Below, piece after piece: positions 5,062 through 7,774 of a DNA stretch of 7,774 bases (within the stretch, counting starts at the first letter, position 1; each line of letters opens with the position of its first letter). Made by a program: the position numbers and the translations under genes. The notes below the pieces were generated by a model. It had not been told where the DNA came from, did no database searches, and saw nothing but the letters and a program-made list of their open reading frames with translations. The DNA is from Candidatus Woesearchaeota archaeon (lineage in GTDB: Archaea > Nanobdellota > Nanobdellia > Nanobdellales > CAZNIQ01), in assembly GCA_964573185.1 (NCBI GenBank), contig CAZNIQ010000019.1, forward strand, positions 5,887 to 13,660. Direction: 5' to 3'.

Positions 5062-6120
5062 ATGACGTTTGACATCATAGGGGATATAGCAATAATTAAA
5101 ATGAATACACCTGGGGATCCTTTAGAATTAGCTAAAAAAATTCTTGAAAAACATAAGCACGTTAAAACAGTGTTACTTCAGGTATCTAAAGTAGATATTC
5201 CATTTAGAGTTCCAAAATATAAATATCTTTTAGGAGAAAAGAAAACAGAGACTATACATAAAGAATTTGGTTTAAGATTTAAAGTAGATGTTACAAAATG
5301 CTATTATTCGCCAAGATTGGAAAATGAAAGAATGAGAATTGCTAAGCAGGTTAAAGAAAATGAAGAAGTTTTAGTAATGTTTTCCGGGGTAAATCCTTAT
5401 CCTATTTATATAGCTAAATTTGCAAAACCCAAAATAGTATACTCTATAGAAATTAATCCTTTTGCTGTGAGATATGGATTAGAAAATGAGAAATTAAATA
5501 AAGTAGATGATAAAATAAAAACCATATTAGGAGACGTAAGAGATGCTGTTCCTTTATTGGGTTTTCTTGATGATAAAGATGGAGTGGTATTTACAGAAGA
5601 ATGGTACCTTAAAGACGTTTTAGAATCAGGTTTAAAGCTAAACAAATTGGTTTTAAAAATAACAAATCCTGATCTTCTAGATTTAGCTTTCGAAATACCT
5701 TCAAAAGAGAAATATCTTTTAGTGAAGAAGGATATTAGACTTACTGATCTGGGAGAATATATATATAAAGCGGATGGAATAATAAAAGAGACAGAGAACT
5801 CATATATGATTGTGGATAAGAATAAAAATGTCTCTGAAGTAAAGAAATTTGAAAAGAAATTTGATAGAATTGTTATGCCTTTACCAAAGGAAGCAGATAC
5901 CTTTTTAGATGTAGCTATTCCAGTAATAAAAAATAATGGAATAATTCATTTATATCAATTCTTAAGAGAAGAGGAAATAGATAAAAAACCAAAAGATATT
6001 TTAGATTATTATTCAAAAAAACTTGGGTTTAAATACAAGATACTAAATGTTGTTAAATGTGGCGATATTGCGCCAAGGACATATAGAGTTTGTATAGACT
6101 TCCAAGTATATAAGGGATAG
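5062..6120 (+). CDS. trm5: Trm5-family (Met-10+ / TYW2-like) tRNA (guanine37-N1)-methyltransferase, D1-less, with a large internal insertion
   Basis: ATG at 5062, TAG at 6118-6120, 352 aa. It starts directly with the D2-domain motif FDIIGDIAII. Further blocks are FKVDVTKCYYSPRLENERMRIA, the SAM motif EVLVMFSGVNPYPIYIA, VYSIEINPFA, GDVRD, then DRIVMPLPKEADTFLDVA...GIIHLYQF. I cannot fully resolve Trm5 from Taw2/Taw22 subfamilies. SPRL..ER and the xLPK motif favour Trm5. Confidence 0.85.
   Translation: MTFDIIGDIAIIKMNTPGDPLELAKKILEKHKHVKTVLLQVSKVDIPFRVPKYKYLLGEKKTETIHKEFGLRFKVDVTKCYYSPRLENERMRIAKQVKENEEVLVMFSGVNPYPIYIAKFAKPKIVYSIEINPFAVRYGLENEKLNKVDDKIKTILGDVRDAVPLLGFLDDKDGVVFTEEWYLKDVLESGLKLNKLVLKITNPDLLDLAFEIPSKEKYLLVKKDIRLTDLGEYIYKADGIIKETENSYMIVDKNKNVSEVKKFEKKFDRIVMPLPKEADTFLDVAIPVIKNNGIIHLYQFLREEEIDKKPKDILDYYSKKLGFKYKILNVVKCGDIAPRTYRVCIDFQVYKG
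5551..5859 (+). other. about 100-aa lineage-specific insertion inside the Trm5 class-I methyltransferase domain
   Basis: GDVRDAVP (aa 157-164) and FDRIVMPLP (aa 267-275) are separated by ~100 aa (LLGFLDDKDGVVFTEEWYLKDVLESGLKLNKLVLKITNPD...VSEVKKFEKK). In the Trm5/Taw2 sequences I remember, these two blocks are only ~10-20 aa apart. Confidence 0.6.
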
Positions 6121-6214
6121 TACTGAAAAGTAGTTTATCTTAAAAACAGGTATTACTAAAAAGTTCTAACATTCTTCAAAAATTTATGAACTTGTGAAGG
6201 TCTAAGAACAAAAA

Positions 6215-6224
6215 CTATATAAAA
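6215..6224 (+). promoter_or_regulatory. strong consensus TATA box (CTATATAAAA) with an A-rich BRE-like stretch upstream; S-layer gene promoter
   Basis: The context is GAACAAAAACTATATAAAAGG, centred ~26 nt upstream of the ATG at 6246. This implies a leaderless or near-leaderless mRNA. It is the best TATA match in the window, consistent with a highly expressed gene. Confidence 0.55.
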
Positions 6225-6245
6225 GGGTAGTGTGTAAACTTTCTT

Positions 6246-6314
6246 ATGAAATCCCTCAGAAAGGTAGGAGCCTTGTCAGCAGTGGGTGTATTAACTGTAG
6301 GTACAACTTTTGCA
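6246..6314 (+). other. Sec-type signal peptide of the S-layer precursor
   Basis: The basic n-region is MKSLRK and the hydrophobic core is VGALSAVGVLTVG. There is a small-residue site at TFA|L. The exact cleavage site is not determinable by eye. Confidence 0.5.
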
Positions 6315-7774
6315 TTAACCTTTGACGCATGGAAAGCAAAATTACCAGAAAAAGCACAATATTACAAAATAGTAGTAGGTGAGAAAGCAGCAGCAGCAGA
6401 TGTAATAGGTGCTGTAGAATTAGCTGCAGCATTACAACAAGTTTCTGTAAAAGAAAAGAACGTATCTGTACCAGTAGAAGGGGTTGTTTTGGAGAAAACA
6501 ACTGTAAAGTATGCTGGGGAAGTTCCATTATATAAGGAAACAGCAAAATTATACTTAGAAGATAGCATCTCAAAAGTCAAACCGAAGATAAATTATGAAA
6601 CTGGGGTAGTAGAAGGAGACAATGATAAATACAAATATAGAGTTGAATTATGGCCAGGTAACCAAGCTATAATAACATTTGAAGACAAACCAGACACAGA
6701 TGAAAAAGATCCTGTTGTAATGATAAAAGGTGGTACTAATGGTGATCAACCAATATTTACCGTAAAAGTAAAATTTGAAACAGGATCTTACCTCAACTTA
6801 ACTGATGCCAAAGGCGAGGAGATAAAAATATTAGGAAAGACATTTTACTTGGATCAAGATGATGATGGAAATGTTGTATTAAGATCTGCAGCCTTAAAAG
6901 TAACATTAAATGCTGGAGAATCTACAGAATTTGAAGGAAAAACAATAAAATTATTAGATATTGTAAAACAGGGCAGTACCTATTATGTAAAGGTATCTGT
7001 AGATGGCAAAACGGCAACAATAAAGGTTGGAGATGACGATGAAGTTAATGGGATTTATATATATGTTAAAGGAGCATATGTATCTGAATTAGAAGAAGGT
7101 AAAGGTTATGCAGAATTAGTATTGGGAGGTAAAAAAGTAGTACTAAAAGATGGAGATGGAATTGAAGTAAATGGAGAATTAGATAAAAGAATAATACCAA
7201 AAATTGACAAGGATTCTAATGGTAAGATAAAAGAAATAGATTTCGATGTCTATGTATCAGATGATTCTGACAAAAACTATATAGAGGCGGGAAAAGAGTT
7301 TACTCCAGTATTGTTTGATACAATAAAGTTAGTATTTGCACCTGTAGATTTAAAGACTGGACAAAAAGTAGAATTAATACCATCTGGAGACAAAGAATAT
7401 AGGTTAAAAATAGTTGACTGGAGAGGAAAGAGCAAGACGTTGACAATCGCCAAATTAGGAAGCAATGGCAATGTAACTATGCTAGAAGATACAGATAAAG
7501 TAGTTGGAACAATAATAGATGTAGGCGGTGATGTTAGTACAGCAGCAAATAGATTTGCTGTGGATGAAAAAGAGTATTTTGCAGTATTTGACGAACAAAC
7601 AAAAGAATCCTACTTATATGAAGTTGAAGATATAAGTATAGATACAGATAACAATAAGGCTACTGTAACCCTAAAAGATGTGATTTCCGGCGATACTGTA
7701 AAGTTAGAAGACATTCCATATGGAGACGGAAGTCGTACAGAAACTTGGGATGTAGGACACTTTGTGTTTAAAGT
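6246..7774 (+). CDS. S-layer (surface layer) protein precursor, N-terminal 509 codons; continues beyond the right edge
   Basis: Missing from the track because there is no stop in the window. I read it from the ATG at 6246 to 7774 without a stop. It begins with the signal peptide MKSLRKVGALSAVGVLTVGTTFA. That is followed by YYKIVVGEKAAAADVIGAVELAAAL, the VVVG..AA..DV.GA..IAAAL signature of the Methanococcales/Thermococcales-type S-layer N-terminal domain. Beta-rich D/E/K/G/V repeats follow (KILGKTFYLDQDDDGNVVL, AELVLGGKKVVLKDGDGIEVNG). Purine-rich codon usage is consistent with the other genes. Confidence 0.8.
   Translation, partial: MKSLRKVGALSAVGVLTVGTTFALTFDAWKAKLPEKAQYYKIVVGEKAAAADVIGAVELAAALQQVSVKEKNVSVPVEGVVLEKTTVKYAGEVPLYKETAKLYLEDSISKVKPKINYETGVVEGDNDKYKYRVELWPGNQAIITFEDKPDTDEKDPVVMIKGGTNGDQPIFTVKVKFETGSYLNLTDAKGEEIKILGKTFYLDQDDDGNVVLRSAALKVTLNAGESTEFEGKTIKLLDIVKQGSTYYVKVSVDGKTATIKVGDDDEVNGIYIYVKGAYVSELEEGKGYAELVLGGKKVVLKDGDGIEVNGELDKRIIPKIDKDSNGKIKEIDFDVYVSDDSDKNYIEAGKEFTPVLFDTIKLVFAPVDLKTGQKVELIPSGDKEYRLKIVDWRGKSKTLTIAKLGSNGNVTMLEDTDKVVGTIIDVGGDVSTAANRFAVDEKEYFAVFDEQTKESYLYEVEDISIDTDNNKATVTLKDVISGDTVKLEDIPYGDGSRTETWDVGHFVFK

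Noticed and set aside
5406-5645. Track ORF 5406-5645 (-), 79 aa
   Set aside because: It is antisense to the Trm5-family gene, including that gene's conserved SAM-binding region.
5551-5859. Trm5 insertion as an intein or mobile insertion
   Set aside because: There is no Cys/Ser/Thr at the N-junction with a His-Asn plus Cys/Ser/Thr C-junction pattern. There are no LAGLIDADG/HNH motifs and no flanking repeats. Composition and codon usage are identical to the host gene.
6121-6245. Small RNA (C/D-box sRNA or tRNA) in the only sizeable intergenic region
   Set aside because: Neither strand has a C box (RUGAUGA). There is no tRNA-like stem pattern or GTTC-type T-loop. The region is adequately explained as the S-layer promoter.
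6387-6398. (GCA)x4 trinucleotide run as a possible microsatellite or repeat element
   Set aside because: It simply encodes the AAAA of the conserved S-layer N-domain motif VVGEKAAAADV. It is too short and in frame to count as a repeat feature.
6256-6580. Track ORFs 6256-6573 (-) and 6362-6580 (-), Leu-rich and Ala/Thr-rich
   Set aside because: Both are antisense shadows of the S-layer gene. They look prominent only because the true + strand ORF is open-ended and was not reported in the track.
7277-7471. Track ORF 7277-7471 (-), 64 aa
   Set aside because: It is antisense to the S-layer CDS and has shadow composition.
1-7774. CRISPR arrays, rRNA, transposases, integrases or defence-island genes
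   Set aside because: No spaced direct repeats, structured-RNA signatures, or recombinase/nuclease motifs were seen on either strand. Essentially all the DNA is accounted for by the nine genes.

Overview
AT-rich, very gene-dense window that looks archaeal. Proteins are K/E/I-rich, codons are biased to AGA/ATA/TTA, and TATA-like boxes sit about 25 nt upstream of start codons, which suggests leaderless mRNAs. Intergenic spacers are 0 to 125 nt. The lineage cannot be fixed from sequence alone; a small-genome thermophile (Nanoarchaeota/DPANN-like or Methanococcales-like) is only a guess. I support nine protein genes. Two run off the window edges and so are absent from the supplied ORF track. (1) 1-1121 (-): PP-loop/PAPS-reductase-family protein with a long N-terminal extension. 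(2) 1149-1811 (+): protein-L-isoaspartate O-methyltransferase. (3) 1812-2933 (-): four-CBS-domain protein whose C-terminal ~115 aa read like an HPF/RaiA ribosome-hibernation domain. (4) 2956-3339 (-): small membrane protein. (5-7) 3377-5017 (-): three tightly coupled paralogous multi-pass membrane proteins that all end in a WWL(S/T)(K/Q)(PEK) motif. (8) 5062-6120 (+): Trm5-family tRNA methyltransferase lacking the N-terminal D1 domain and carrying a ~100-aa insertion in the catalytic domain. (9) 6246-7774 (+): S-layer protein precursor, open at the right edge. All other track ORFs are antisense or alternate-frame shadows. I saw no rRNA, tRNA, CRISPR array or mobile element. The best candidates for something undescribed are the CBS x4 + HPF-like fusion and the co-directional membrane-paralog cluster upstream of it. 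All homology calls come from motif recognition by eye and need profile or structure searches.
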